Positions 33,508 to 44,184 of a stretch of DNA of 64,000 nt are shown piece after piece. The position numbers and the translations under genes are program-made. This DNA comes from an uncultured Verrucomicrobiae bacterium. Its GTDB lineage: Bacteria > Verrucomicrobiota > Verrucomicrobiia > Chthoniobacterales > JAFAMB01. The stretch lies in contig CAVXLD010000003.1 of assembly GCA_963762565.1 (NCBI GenBank), positions 1 to 64,000 on the forward strand. Reading direction: 5' to 3'. The first letter of the stretch is position 1; the number at the start of each line of letters is the position of its first letter. The notes under the pieces are model-generated. The model did no database searches and was not told the DNA's origin. It was given only the letters and a program-made list of their open reading frames with translations.

Positions 33508-33948
33508 TTAGGCTTGATTAAGCGCTCGTTGGAGGGCGTTGAACAATGCATCTTCGCTGAAAGGCTTGGCCAGGAAATCCACCGCACCTCCGGCGATGGC
33601 TTCTGTCCGCTCGTCGTCGGTCGCACGGGCAGAGATAAAAATGATCGGAATGCGTTTGTTATCGCTCGTCAGAGTTCGTTGCAATTCCAAGCCATCAATT
33701 CCGGGCATCCGAAGGTCGAGGATTAGAACTAAGCACTTCGTCTCTTCGACCAGGCCTGAATCGAGAAACTGCTGAGCAGACAGAAAGGCTTCGGCCCTGA
33801 AACCAAAAGAGCGAACAAGGAATCGGGTCGAGCCTGCCATCGAGGGATCGTCGTCCACGATGCAAACCAGCGGGGCGGTGGATAAGTTGACACTACTGTT
33901 AGACACTTGATTGATTCTAGACTTCTTGAATTCTGCACGATAGCGCAT
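33508..33948 (-). CDS. Stand-alone receiver-domain response regulator (start uncertain)
   Basis: IVDDD, LDLRMPG, FISA, KPF. Confidence 0.88.
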   Translation of the reverse strand: MRYRAEFKKSRINQVSNSSVNLSTAPLVCIVDDDPSMAGSTRFLVRSFGFRAEAFLSAQQFLDSGLVEETKCLVLILDLRMPGIDGLELQRTLTSDNKRIPIIFISARATDDERTEAIAGGAVDFLAKPFSEDALFNALQRALNQA

Positions 33949-33968
33949 CCGATAGCCTGTTGCCGGTT

Positions 33969-34001
33969 GGACCTTGGTCCCGGTCTATTGGACTTTGGTC
34001 T
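33969..34001. promoter_or_regulatory. Tandem GGAC(C/T)TTGGTC boxes
   Basis: ggaccttggtcc and ctattggactttggtct; same box at 37806-37823 and inverted at 38010-38025. Confidence 0.55.
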
Positions 34002-34298
34002 TAGTTCTTAGTGTCCTGTCCCGTAAATGGCGTGCCTTTCGTCCGGCAGCTGTCGATTGGCCACGGCCCGGAGGGACGTTGCCTTGCGCGTCTTCAGCAT
34101 CTCCAACCCGCTACGCGGTGCTTTTCGGACTTGGCGCAGTACTCCAACACTCCCGCACTCCATCACTCAGCGTGGCCGGATTCGAGGACGAGGACGACGA
34201 CGAGGACGAGAACGAAGCGCCCGATGTAGGCTGACGCGAGAAATGATGTGGCCCACAGAAACCTCCTGGCATATCTTCTTGGGCCAGAAAAGCTTCGG

Positions 34299-35975
34299 AT
34301 GAAGGGGAGAGTCTCCATCGAGCGGATCGCGACGGCGCGGCAGCGCCTGGCGGAGCTGTCGGAGTTCGGTCCGCCTGGCAGCGAAAGTCAGGTACGAGAG
34401 GCCGTCGAGCTCCTTTTCAGTGTTCTCGATGAGCTGGAGACGGCTGCCAAAGGCGGCGAGCTCGAGCAAGAGACCGATAACGAAAGCCGGTTCAACACCT
34501 TGGCGGAGACGGCCTCAGACGGGATCATCTCTATCGATGACCAAAGCGCCATCCGGTACGTAAATCCCGCCGCCGGGCAAATGTTTGGCTACGAGCCAGC
34601 CGAAATGCTGGGCAAAAACCTTACCGTTCTCATGCCCGAGCGTTTCCGGCAGCTGCATCTGACCTCTTTTAGGAGGTATTTGGCCACGGGTCAAAGGCAC
34701 ATCCGTTGGAGAGCCGTTGAGCTGGTCGGCCTGCACAAGAGCGGTCGAGAATTCCCAATCGAGATCTCGTTTGGCGAGGACGCACGCGGAGACAAGCATT
34801 TCTTCACCGGCATCGTACGCGATCTTACGGACCGCAAGCGATCGGAGGAGGCCCTTCGGGTGAGCGAGCAGCGTTTGCAAGCCATCGTCGACAACACAAC
34901 TGCACTCGTTTTTATCAAGGATCTGGAACTCCGGTACGTTCTAGTCAACCGCGAATATGAACGCCTTTTTGGTATTGGACGCGATCAAATCCGAGGTAAA
35001 ACCGATTTTGACGTTCACCCGCATGATGTGGCCGAAACGCTCAGAGCAAACGACCGGCAGGTCATCGAAACCGGTGCACCCATGCAGTTTGAAGAGGTTG
35101 TGCCGTGGAAGGCAAGCGACCGTTACTATGTTGTCGTTAAATTTCTGCTGCGCGATCAAGCCAACGAGCCGTACGCGATTTGCGGCATTGCCACGGACAT
35201 CACGGAGCTAAAACAAGCGCAAGAAGACCTGCGCTCGAGAGAGGCTGAACTGACCCATGTGACGCGAATTATGACCATGGGCGAGATAACCAGCTCGATC
35301 GCGCATGAAATTAACCAGCCGCTTGGGGCAATCGTTAATTATGGAAATGCGTGCCTAAGACTTATCACGAGCGGGCCTGCTGACCTAACTGATATCGCCA
35401 CTGCCTTGTCGGAGATTGTAAATGATGCCAATCGAGCGAGTGCTATCATTGCCCAGATTCGGGCGCATTCGAAGAAGGCCCTTCCTGAGATGGTGGTGTT
35501 GGAGGTCAAGGACCTGGTGACTGAGATCTTGCCATTAGTTCGACACGAGTTAAATGCACGCCGGATAGTACTAAAAGCCGTTTTAGCCGACAATCTGGAC
35601 CCGGTCATGGGGGACCGGATCCAGCTGCAGCAGGTGTTATTAAATTTGGTGATAAATGGTATGGAGGCGATGCACCAAGTTCCAGAAGACTGCCGACATC
35701 TTTCTATCGAGGCGCAGTCCCATGTCTCGGAGGGCAAGGTGTTCATTCTGATCGCGGTGACGGACTCAGGTGTCGGCCTACCGGCGGAGGACCAACCGAA
35801 GCTTTTCGAAGCCTTTTACACAACAAAAGCAGAAGGCATGGGTATGGGGTTGGCCATCAGTCGTTCCATCGTGGAAGCGCATGGCGGACGACTATGGGCA
35901 ACGCCGAATGCCGATGTTGGTGCAACCTTCCAGTTCGTGTTGCCAGCGCAGAACCGTAGGGTGTCTCGGGTTTAA
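34299..35975 (+). CDS. Cytoplasmic PAS-PAS sensor histidine kinase (FixL/NodV-like)
   Basis: Two PAS domains (first with LMPERFRQLH), IAHEINQPL, QQVLLNL, DSGVG, GMGMGL. Confidence 0.93.
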   Translation: MKGRVSIERIATARQRLAELSEFGPPGSESQVREAVELLFSVLDELETAAKGGELEQETDNESRFNTLAETASDGIISIDDQSAIRYVNPAAGQMFGYEPAEMLGKNLTVLMPERFRQLHLTSFRRYLATGQRHIRWRAVELVGLHKSGREFPIEISFGEDARGDKHFFTGIVRDLTDRKRSEEALRVSEQRLQAIVDNTTALVFIKDLELRYVLVNREYERLFGIGRDQIRGKTDFDVHPHDVAETLRANDRQVIETGAPMQFEEVVPWKASDRYYVVVKFLLRDQANEPYAICGIATDITELKQAQEDLRSREAELTHVTRIMTMGEITSSIAHEINQPLGAIVNYGNACLRLITSGPADLTDIATALSEIVNDANRASAIIAQIRAHSKKALPEMVVLEVKDLVTEILPLVRHELNARRIVLKAVLADNLDPVMGDRIQLQQVLLNLVINGMEAMHQVPEDCRHLSIEAQSHVSEGKVFILIAVTDSGVGLPAEDQPKLFEAFYTTKAEGMGMGLAISRSIVEAHGGRLWATPNADVGATFQFVLPAQNRRVSRV

Positions 35976-36030
35976 AATCACCCAACACTCGGCCGGTTCT
36001 CGGCCTGATGACCCGGCAGCTGACTGCAGC

Positions 36031-36262
36031 GGCCATGAAATGGCCTAAGAGAATAACCCAGGCCTTCAGGCCTGGGTCACTTCATTTTAGCATCCGACCT
36101 GAAGGGGCGACCGAATCGGTGTGGTCATCACGCGTAGAAGTCGATACCGTTATGTCTGTATTCAAACTCTCGCCTGTCGGTCGCCCTTTCAGGGCGACCT
36201 CTCCGGTGCGGCTTCTCCCAGGCCTGAAGACCTGGGCTATTCTGTCAGGCCATTTCATGGCC
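36031..36262. repeat. REP doublet (REPIN-like) inverted repeat between convergent genes
   Basis: ggccatgaaatggcct..cccaggccttcaggcctggg..cctgaaggggcgaccga mirrored by tcggtcgccctttcagg..cccaggcctgaagacctggg..aggccatttcatggcc. Confidence 0.85.
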
Positions 36263-36277
36263 AAAAAAGCCTCCTAC

Positions 36278-37720
36278 TCATGACTCCACGCACTGATTTA
36301 AAGCCGGTCGTTTCAAACCCATCTTTTCCATCCGGGCGAACAAAGTGGTGGGACTCACGCCCAAAAGCTCGGCGGCTCCACCGGCGCCCTTGATTTTCCA
36401 GCCAGCCTTCTGCATCACAGCAAGAAGGTTCTGGCGCTGGCGACGTTGCATTTCTATCTCAGTGAGGTATTCCGGTTCGGCCTGGTCTATATCCCTTGGC
36501 GCAACACACGTTGGATCGATTGAGGCACCAAACGCCGGGACATCAAACTCCAACAAACCGCCCCGGGCAGAAATGACGGCGCGTTCGATAACATTTCGCA
36601 GTTCTCGGATGTTGCCCGGCCAATCGTAAGCCAAGAGGGTTTCTATGCCCGGCCGGGTTAGTCTCGGCTTTGGACATCCGAGTTCTTTGAACAACGATTC
36701 GACGAAGTGCGTTGTCAAAAGGGGGATGTCTTCTTTGCGCTCCCTTAGGGCGGCAACTTTCAACGGGAAAACATTGAGACGGTAAAAGAGATCTTCGCGA
36801 AAACGGCCCTCGGTCACCTCTTTCTTTAAATCTCGATTAGTGGCCGCCACGATTCGCACATCGGCGTACCGGGTCTTCTCCTCGCCTACCCGTTCGTAAG
36901 ATTTCTCCTGCAGAACGCGCAAGAGTTTGCTCTGTAGTTGCAGGGGGATTTCGCCGACCTCGTCCAAGAACAGGGTTCCGCCCTCGGCGACCTCGAAGCG
37001 CCCAGCCCGATCTTTGATCGCGCCGGTGAACGCTCCCCTGGCATGGCCAAAGAATTCGCTTTCAAACAATTCCTTTGGGATTGAAGCGCAACTAACCCGA
37101 ACCAAGGGTTTGTCTCTCCGCCGGCTGCGCTCGTGAATAGCCTGAACGATGAGCTCTTTTCCGGTTCCGGTTTCGCCAAGAATCAAGACGGTCGAATCAA
37201 TGGGAGCGACCATGTCGATCTGCTTCATTAGGCGACGCAACGCTGCGCCCTTGCCTACTATTCCGGAAAAAGTGATTTCGTTGCGCAGTTCGTCTTCAGG
37301 GCAGGGCGGCTCTCGATTCGACTGAATTTTTGACGGCTCAATCTGACGACCCAGGTCGATCGCCTGGTCAATTGCTCTGAGCAAGTCTTCATCGCTGAAA
37401 GGCTTGGTCAGAAATTCGATGGCGCCCGCTTTCATAGCGCGCACACTCATTGGAATGTCGCCGTGACCAGTGACGAAAATAATCGGAATTTTAGCATCCC
37501 GGCGGACCAGTTCTTCTTGCAGATCAAGGCCGCTTATTCCCGGTAGTTGTACATCGACCACCAGGCAGCCGAGCGCCTCCACGGGCGGATTAGTCAAAAA
37601 CTCCTGCGCCGAGGAAAATGCCCGCACCTTCAGGCCCGCTGAGTGGAGCAGGAAGCTAACACTTTCCCGGATCGCCGATTCGTCATCGATTACACAGATT
37701 AGAGGACTGTTATCATTCAT
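36278..37720 (-). CDS. Sigma-54-dependent enhancer-binding response regulator (REC-AAA+-HTH)
   Basis: [49 protein letters not shown]. Confidence 0.95.
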   Translation of the reverse strand: MNDNSPLICVIDDESAIRESVSFLLHSAGLKVRAFSSAQEFLTNPPVEALGCLVVDVQLPGISGLDLQEELVRRDAKIPIIFVTGHGDIPMSVRAMKAGAIEFLTKPFSDEDLLRAIDQAIDLGRQIEPSKIQSNREPPCPEDELRNEITFSGIVGKGAALRRLMKQIDMVAPIDSTVLILGETGTGKELIVQAIHERSRRRDKPLVRVSCASIPKELFESEFFGHARGAFTGAIKDRAGRFEVAEGGTLFLDEVGEIPLQLQSKLLRVLQEKSYERVGEEKTRYADVRIVAATNRDLKKEVTEGRFREDLFYRLNVFPLKVAALRERKEDIPLLTTHFVESLFKELGCPKPRLTRPGIETLLAYDWPGNIRELRNVIERAVISARGGLLEFDVPAFGASIDPTCVAPRDIDQAEPEYLTEIEMQRRQRQNLLAVMQKAGWKIKGAGGAAELLGVSPTTLFARMEKMGLKRPALNQCVES

Positions 37721-38229
37721 AGACTTAGCCTTTCAAAAGACGTGCGAACGCGGTTTCACGAGGTCTACTTTGCGTCATCAATCAGAGACCCGAACGGCGC
37801 TAAACTCTATTGGACCTTGGTCCCAGCGGGCTATGCCCTATGGCCCGGATTTGGCCTTCAACAAATGCTGGCGTCAAAATCGTGGGCGCTCGGCGATCCG
37901 ATAAGCCTGCTTTGGGAGGAGTGCCTGAGAAACGCTGGGATTGAATTCAGCGGTTGCTGCCACACCGAGATCCTTATACCGATGCTGAGCCACACGTCTT
38001 AGCGGTCCTGGACCAAGGTCCAATAGAATATGGCCCCCTCTGGGTCTTTGGTGGTGCGACAAAGAAGTCACCGTGAGGGCGGGCTATCGATTAGTAGCTG
38101 CGAACCGTTTACCAGCCTTCAGTGCGGTTCGACAGAGGGCAAATCGATGAAAGAAAATAACCTCTTGTTTGGATAATTGATGAATCAACTAAAGACCAGT
38201 ATAACCTGCAGGTCGCTGGAGTCGGTTCT

Positions 38230-41200
38230 GTGATTGAGCTCTCAACATATAGCCTCGAGCTGCTGCGGAATGATAAAGAGCTTAACCTTTATCGCGGCAG
38301 GAGCGAGCACGATGACTCTCGGATTCTGGTGCTTTCGCCGGCTGTAGAATATCCGGCGCCGGAAACTCTGAAACGGCTGGAGCACGAATATTCTCTCAGA
38401 GAAGAGCTGGAACCCGCTTGGGCTGCCCGGCCGCTTGCGATCACTCATCACTGGAACCGTACCGTGCTCGTCTTAGAGGATCCGGGCGGTGTACCTCTCG
38501 ATCAACTCCTCGGTCAACCATTGGAATTGGTTTTTGGGTTGCGCCTGGCGGTCGAGCTTTCAGACGTAATCGATCGCTTGCATCAGCGGGGCATCATCCA
38601 CAAGGATATTAAGCCAGCTAATGTCCTGGCTAATCCCCTCACGGGACGCTGCTGGCTGAAAGGTTTTGGTATTGCATCGCGGCTCCCACGCGAACGCCAA
38701 ACCGCCAAGCCTCCCGAGCTGGTGGCAGGAACGCTCGCCTACATGGCGCCCGAGCAGACTGGACGAATGAATCGTTCCACCGATCGCCGCAGCGATCTCT
38801 ATGCGTTCGGAGTGTCACTTTACGAAATGCTAACTGGCGCTCTTCCTTTCATGGCGTCTGACCCGATGGAATGGGTGCACTGTCACATCGCCAGAAAGCC
38901 GATCTCCCCCAGCGAGCGGCTCAACAGTGTCCCGGCGGCTGTCTCAGCCGTAGTCATGAAGTTGCTCGCCAAAACAGCCGAGGAGCGGTACCAGACAGCG
39001 GCGGGGGTTGAGGCTGATCTTCGACGCTGCCTGAGCGAACTGGAGGGATCGCAGCCTGTCCGCCATAGCCGCTCAAGTGGTGCTCCGTCCGAGATGCAGG
39101 GCTCATCTATGGCGACGGCGGATCCTCGCGATCCGTCTCTTCTGCGCGCGGGGATCCGACTTCGCCAGTTCGGGGAGGAAACGATACCAGTCGCTGAGGC
39201 TACGTCGGACAGGCAGCGCGCCCTCCCGGCTCCGGCAGCAGGAATGGAGGACGAGGACAGCCTGCCCGACGAAGCTTTACCTTCCTCGGTTGGGAGCTCT
39301 GTCACTGAGCGAAGTCGGGAGTACGAAGTGCCCTGTGAGATCCCTGAGTTCCCGCTTGGCGAGTATGACATACCGAATCAGCTGTTGATTCCTGAAAAAT
39401 TGTACGGACGAGCCCGAGAAATCAATATCTTGCTCGCCTCCTTCGGACGTGTGGTCGCTAGCGGTAGGCCTGAAATAGTACTCGTGTCCGGCTATTCAGG
39501 GATCGGCAAATCTTCGGTGGTCAACGAGCTTCACCAGGCACTGATTCCGCAGCGCGGCTTTTTCGCCTCGGGCAAGGTTGACCAGTACAAACGTGACATC
39601 CCTTACTCAACGCTAGCCCAGGCCTTCCAGGGCCTAGTCCGGTCACTTCTCGGTAGGAGCGACGCTGAGCTGAGTCGATGGAGTGATGCTTTTCGAGAAG
39701 CACTGGGCCAAAATGGACAGCTCATTGTAGACCTGATCCCCGAGTTAGCGCTCATCCTCGGTCTGCAGCCACCAGTCCCAGAACTTCCTGCTCAAGACGC
39801 ACAACGCCGGTTCCAGCTCGTATTCCGGCGATTCATTAGCGTCTTCGCCCGACCCGAGCACCCGTTGGCGCTATTTCTGGACGATTTGCAGTGGCTCGAC
39901 GGAGCCACTCTCGACCTGTTTGAGGACTTATCGACCCAATGGGACGTGCAACATTTGATGTTGATCGGCGCCTACCGAGACAACGAAGTAGATTCCGTCC
40001 ATCCGCTGATGCGCAAGCTCGAAGCAATCCGCCAAGCTGGAGCGACAGTGCACGAAATCATCCTCGCCCCGCTAGCCCGTGAGGATTTGGGACGATTGAT
40101 TGCGGATGCTCTTCACTGCGAACCGGAGCGTGCCACCCCGCTGGCGCAGCTCGTTCAGGAAAAGACTGCTGGCAATCCATTTTTCGTCATCCAGTTTATT
40201 CATGCGCTGGTGGAGGAGGCGTTGCTCACCTTCGAGCATGGCAGTGGTAGGTGGTCTTGGGACCTTAGTCACATTCACGATAAGGGTTACACCGATAATG
40301 TGGTGGACCTCATGATTGGAAAGGTGAATCGCTTGCCCGGCGAAACTCAGAAAGCCCTGCAAGAGTTTGCCTGCCTTGGAAACAGCGCCGAGATCAAAAC
40401 GCTTTCAGCCGTTTGCGCGACTTCGGAGGAGGAGCTCCACTCGAACTTGTGGGAGGCGGTGCGTCTCGAGTATATCAGGCGTTCCGAAGATTCCTATATT
40501 TTTGGCCACGACCGTGTACAGGAAGCGGCCTATTCACTGATCCCGGAAAAATTACGCGCTGAAGCCCATGTCCGAATAGGCAGGATACTCCGCGTGCTCA
40601 CCCCTGGAGATAAGCTGGAGGAAAGGATCTTTGAGATCGTCAACCAGTTCTACCGCGGCACCGCGCTGATTGTGACGCAAGGGGAGCGCGAGCAGGTTGC
40701 TGAGCTCAATCTTGTGGCGGGAAAGCGAGCCAAATCGGCAACTGCGTATGCCTCAGCTTTGCGATATCTCACGGCCGGGCGTACGCTGCTGGGGGAGAAC
40801 GCATGGGAAGAGTGCAACCAGCTCACGTTCCAGATCGAGCTCAATCATGCTGAGTGCGAGTATCTGACAGGGAAGTTGGCGTTAGCCGAAGAGCATCTCT
40901 CGGCGCTGTCGACTCGGGCACAGAGCATCTTCGAGTCTGCGGCCGTCAGCTGCATGCGGATCAATCTCTATACGACCCTGGACCAGAGCGACAGCGCCGT
41001 AGAGGTAGGGCTCGACTATCTACGGCGGGTTGACGACGAGTGGCCGGCTCATCCAACAGCGGATCACGTTCAGCAGGAGTATTCCCGTCTGTGGTTGGAG
41101 CTCGGTTCTCGCCCGATTGAGGCGATGCTCGATCTGCCGCTAATGAGCGACGCGGAAAAGTCCGCTACCATGGACGTCCTCACCGTGCTGACGATACCGG

Positions 41201-44097
41201 CCTTGTTCACGGATTTAAATCTTTGCCGACTTATCGTCGGTCGCATGGCGACACTCAGCCTGGAGCACGGCAACTGCGACGGATCTTGCCTTGCTTATGA
41301 GTGGTTGGGCGGCGTGCTGGGAACATATTTCGGAAAATACGAGGCTGGCTTCCGTTTCGGCAAGCTTGGCCTCAAGCTGGTCGAAAAGCATGGGCTGGAT
41401 CGTTTCAAGGCTCGTGTGTACGTCGTTTTTGCCGTTCACGTGGCCCATTGGACGCAACCCTTGCAGATCTCTCGCGACGCCCTGCGACGCGGGTTCCTGG
41501 CAGCGCGGGATGCCGGCGACCTGTCTTACGCGACCTATAGCTGCATTGACCTAATCACGAATCGTTTCGCCGCGGGAGATCCGCTCAGCGAAGTCGAGCG
41601 GGAGGCCGAGGATGGGCTCGAGTTTGCGCGCAAAGTGTGTTTCGGTCTCGCCATCGATTGCATTACCGGGCAGCTAAGGCTGATCCGGATGCTCCGAGGG
41701 CGGACGCCGGACTTCACTTCCTTCAATGACGTGGAATTCGATGAGGAGCGCTTTGCCCAACATCTGGAGAACAATCCCCAGCTGGCCATAGGCGCGTGCT
41801 ATTACTGGGTTCGCAAGCTGCAAGCTTGCGTGTACGCCGGCGATGGTGCGTCAGGCATTGTGGCCGCATCGAAGATTGCGTCGTTGCTTTGGACCGCACC
41901 GGCTCAATTCGAGCACGCCGAGTACCATTTCTACGGCGCTCTTGCCCGGGCAGCGCATTGCGACAAGGTCTTGGTGGAGGAACGGTCCGAGCATTTGGAG
42001 GCGCTGGCAGCTCATCACCAGCTCCTCACGACGTGGGCGGAGAATTGCCCTGAGAATTTCGAGAACCGCGCGGCCCTAGTGGGCGCCGAGATCGCTCGCA
42101 TCCAAGGCCGCGAGCTCGATGCTGAGCGTCTTTACGAACAGGCCATCCGCTCCTCCAATGCCAACGGGTTTGTCCAGAATGAAGCGCTCGCCAGCGAGCT
42201 TGCCGCGCGTTTCTACCTGGCACGCGGTTTCGATTTCGTCGCGCGTGCGTACTTGCGGAAAGCTCGGTACGACTATCTTCGCTGGGGTGCTGACGGAAAG
42301 GTGCGGCAGCTCGAAGAGTTATATCCGCACCTTAGGGGGGAAGAGCAAGCCTCGGGTCCAACGAGCACCATTGGCGCACCGGTCGAACACCTGGATCTGG
42401 CTACCGTGATCAAAGTCTCGCAAGCAGTGTCGGGCGAGATCGTCACGCACAAATTGATCGACACGCTAATGCGCACGGCCCTTGAGCACGCTGGTGCTGA
42501 ACGCGGCCTGTTAATTCTTTCGCGAGACGCTGAGCACCTCATCGAGGCGGAAGCCAGGACGAGCGGCGACACTGTCATAGTGAGGTTACGAGAAGCACCC
42601 GACCGCAACGCGTCCGCCGCGGTGGATGCGGGCGGGTGCATCGCAGAAGCTGAGCTGCCAGAATCGATCATTCATTATGTCGTGCGCGCCAGTGAGAGCG
42701 TGATTCTCGACGATGCCTTAGTCCAAAACCCGTTCTGGAACGATGACTACTTCCGTAAACACCAACTCCGCTCAGTTCTCTGTCTGCCGCTAATCAAACA
42801 GACCAAAGTGATCGGCGTGCTCTATCTAGAAAACAATCTGGCGCCGTACGTCTTCACACCAACCCGCATCGCGGTTTTGAAATTGCTCGCGTCCCAAGCC
42901 GCGATTTGCCTGGAGAACACCCGTCTTTACCGCGATCTAGGGGCACGTGAGGCAAGGATTCGGCGTTTAGTCGACGCTAATATTATCGGAATCTTCATCT
43001 GGAAGGTTGAAGGTCAGATTATTGAGGCAAATGAAGCGTTTCTCAACCTGGTGAACTACAGCCGTGAAGACCTCGTATCGGGTCGTCTGAGCTGGATTGA
43101 CATGACCCCCCCAGAGTGGCGCGACCTTACTGACCGCAACCTAACCCAGCTAAAGACGACTGGGACTATTCAACCATACGAGAAGGAATATTTCCGAAGC
43201 GACGGCAGCCGGGCACCGGTTCTAGTTGGCTCCGCCGTTTTCGAAGAAGAACAGAATGAGGGGGTTTCTTTTGTGGTCGATTTGAGCGAACGGAAGCGCA
43301 GCGAGGAGGCATTGCGGCGCCGCGAAACGGACCTGCGAGAGTCCCAGGCGGAGCTGGCTCACGTCTCCCGGGTGGTCACCATGGGAGAGTTGACCGCGTC
43401 GATCGCGCACGAAGTCAATCAGCCGCTGAGCGCAGCGCTTAATAATGCTGGCGCCTGTTTACGCTGGATGGCAGCCAATGAACCAGAGGAGGCGCGACAA
43501 TCTGCCTCGCTCGTGATCGGAAATGTGCGTCGAGCTGGCGAAATCATCGCTGGGATTCGTGCACTCGCCAAGAAGGCGCCGCCGCAAAAGGAACCACTCG
43601 AGATCAATGAAACGATTCGTGAAGTCTTCGCCTTGGTCCGCAACGCGCTGCACTCTAACAATGTGAGGCTACAGACTCAGCTCACGGACGATCTACCGCT
43701 GATCATCGGAGATAGGGTCCAATTGCAACAGGTCATTCTCAATTTACTGATCAATGCGATCGAAGCGATGGCTGAAATCGAAGAGGGTTCGCGAATATTG
43801 CGGGTGAGTTCGGAACGAACCATTGAACTCTCCGACAACTCGGAGCACGTATTAATCGCGGTCCGCGATTCGGGACCCGGACTCGATATGAACAGCCTTA
43901 ATCGTCTGTTCGATACCTTTTATACGACTAAACCTCAAGGCCTGGGCATGGGGTTGGGAATCAGCCGGTCGATTATCGAGGCTCACGGAGGACGCCTGTG
44001 GGCGGAGGCAAATGCGCCCAAAGGCGCTCTGTTTCAATTTACGTTACCGACTTTTGCCGAGGCGATTGAGCGGTCAGAGGTAAGCAGCGAGCAGTAA
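38230..44097 (+). CDS. Multidomain Ser/Thr kinase-like / AAA ATPase / GAF / PAS / histidine kinase
   Basis: HKDIKPAN, GTLAYMAPEQ, GYSGIGKS, FLDDLQW, GNPFF, GAF (LYLENNL), PAS, AHEVNQPL, DSGPG, GLGMGL. Confidence 0.95.
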   Translation: MIELSTYSLELLRNDKELNLYRGRSEHDDSRILVLSPAVEYPAPETLKRLEHEYSLREELEPAWAARPLAITHHWNRTVLVLEDPGGVPLDQLLGQPLELVFGLRLAVELSDVIDRLHQRGIIHKDIKPANVLANPLTGRCWLKGFGIASRLPRERQTAKPPELVAGTLAYMAPEQTGRMNRSTDRRSDLYAFGVSLYEMLTGALPFMASDPMEWVHCHIARKPISPSERLNSVPAAVSAVVMKLLAKTAEERYQTAAGVEADLRRCLSELEGSQPVRHSRSSGAPSEMQGSSMATADPRDPSLLRAGIRLRQFGEETIPVAEATSDRQRALPAPAAGMEDEDSLPDEALPSSVGSSVTERSREYEVPCEIPEFPLGEYDIPNQLLIPEKLYGRAREINILLASFGRVVASGRPEIVLVSGYSGIGKSSVVNELHQALIPQRGFFASGKVDQYKRDIPYSTLAQAFQGLVRSLLGRSDAELSRWSDAFREALGQNGQLIVDLIPELALILGLQPPVPELPAQDAQRRFQLVFRRFISVFARPEHPLALFLDDLQWLDGATLDLFEDLSTQWDVQHLMLIGAYRDNEVDSVHPLMRKLEAIRQAGATVHEIILAPLAREDLGRLIADALHCEPERATPLAQLVQEKTAGNPFFVIQFIHALVEEALLTFEHGSGRWSWDLSHIHDKGYTDNVVDLMIGKVNRLPGETQKALQEFACLGNSAEIKTLSAVCATSEEELHSNLWEAVRLEYIRRSEDSYIFGHDRVQEAAYSLIPEKLRAEAHVRIGRILRVLTPGDKLEERIFEIVNQFYRGTALIVTQGEREQVAELNLVAGKRAKSATAYASALRYLTAGRTLLGENAWEECNQLTFQIELNHAECEYLTGKLALAEEHLSALSTRAQSIFESAAVSCMRINLYTTLDQSDSAVEVGLDYLRRVDDEWPAHPTADHVQQEYSRLWLELGSRPIEAMLDLPLMSDAEKSATMDVLTVLTIPALFTDLNLCRLIVGRMATLSLEHGNCDGSCLAYEWLGGVLGTYFGKYEAGFRFGKLGLKLVEKHGLDRFKARVYVVFAVHVAHWTQPLQISRDALRRGFLAARDAGDLSYATYSCIDLITNRFAAGDPLSEVEREAEDGLEFARKVCFGLAIDCITGQLRLIRMLRGRTPDFTSFNDVEFDEERFAQHLENNPQLAIGACYYWVRKLQACVYAGDGASGIVAASKIASLLWTAPAQFEHAEYHFYGALARAAHCDKVLVEERSEHLEALAAHHQLLTTWAENCPENFENRAALVGAEIARIQGRELDAERLYEQAIRSSNANGFVQNEALASELAARFYLARGFDFVARAYLRKARYDYLRWGADGKVRQLEELYPHLRGEEQASGPTSTIGAPVEHLDLATVIKVSQAVSGEIVTHKLIDTLMRTALEHAGAERGLLILSRDAEHLIEAEARTSGDTVIVRLREAPDRNASAAVDAGGCIAEAELPESIIHYVVRASESVILDDALVQNPFWNDDYFRKHQLRSVLCLPLIKQTKVIGVLYLENNLAPYVFTPTRIAVLKLLASQAAICLENTRLYRDLGAREARIRRLVDANIIGIFIWKVEGQIIEANEAFLNLVNYSREDLVSGRLSWIDMTPPEWRDLTDRNLTQLKTTGTIQPYEKEYFRSDGSRAPVLVGSAVFEEEQNEGVSFVVDLSERKRSEEALRRRETDLRESQAELAHVSRVVTMGELTASIAHEVNQPLSAALNNAGACLRWMAANEPEEARQSASLVIGNVRRAGEIIAGIRALAKKAPPQKEPLEINETIREVFALVRNALHSNNVRLQTQLTDDLPLIIGDRVQLQQVILNLLINAIEAMAEIEEGSRILRVSSERTIELSDNSEHVLIAVRDSGPGLDMNSLNRLFDTFYTTKPQGLGMGLGISRSIIEAHGGRLWAEANAPKGALFQFTLPTFAEAIERSEVSSEQ

Positions 44098-44177
44098 GAG
44101 GTAAGCAGTAAGCAGTAAGCGGTAAGCAGTAAGAGGTAAGCAGTAAGAGGTAAGCAGTAAATAGTAAGCAGTGAGCG
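44076..44177. repeat. Heptamer tandem array (GCAGTAA/GAGGTAA)n
   Basis: About 14 units; inverted counterpart at 44931-44983. Confidence 0.9.
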
Positions 44178-44184
44178 GGTTTCT

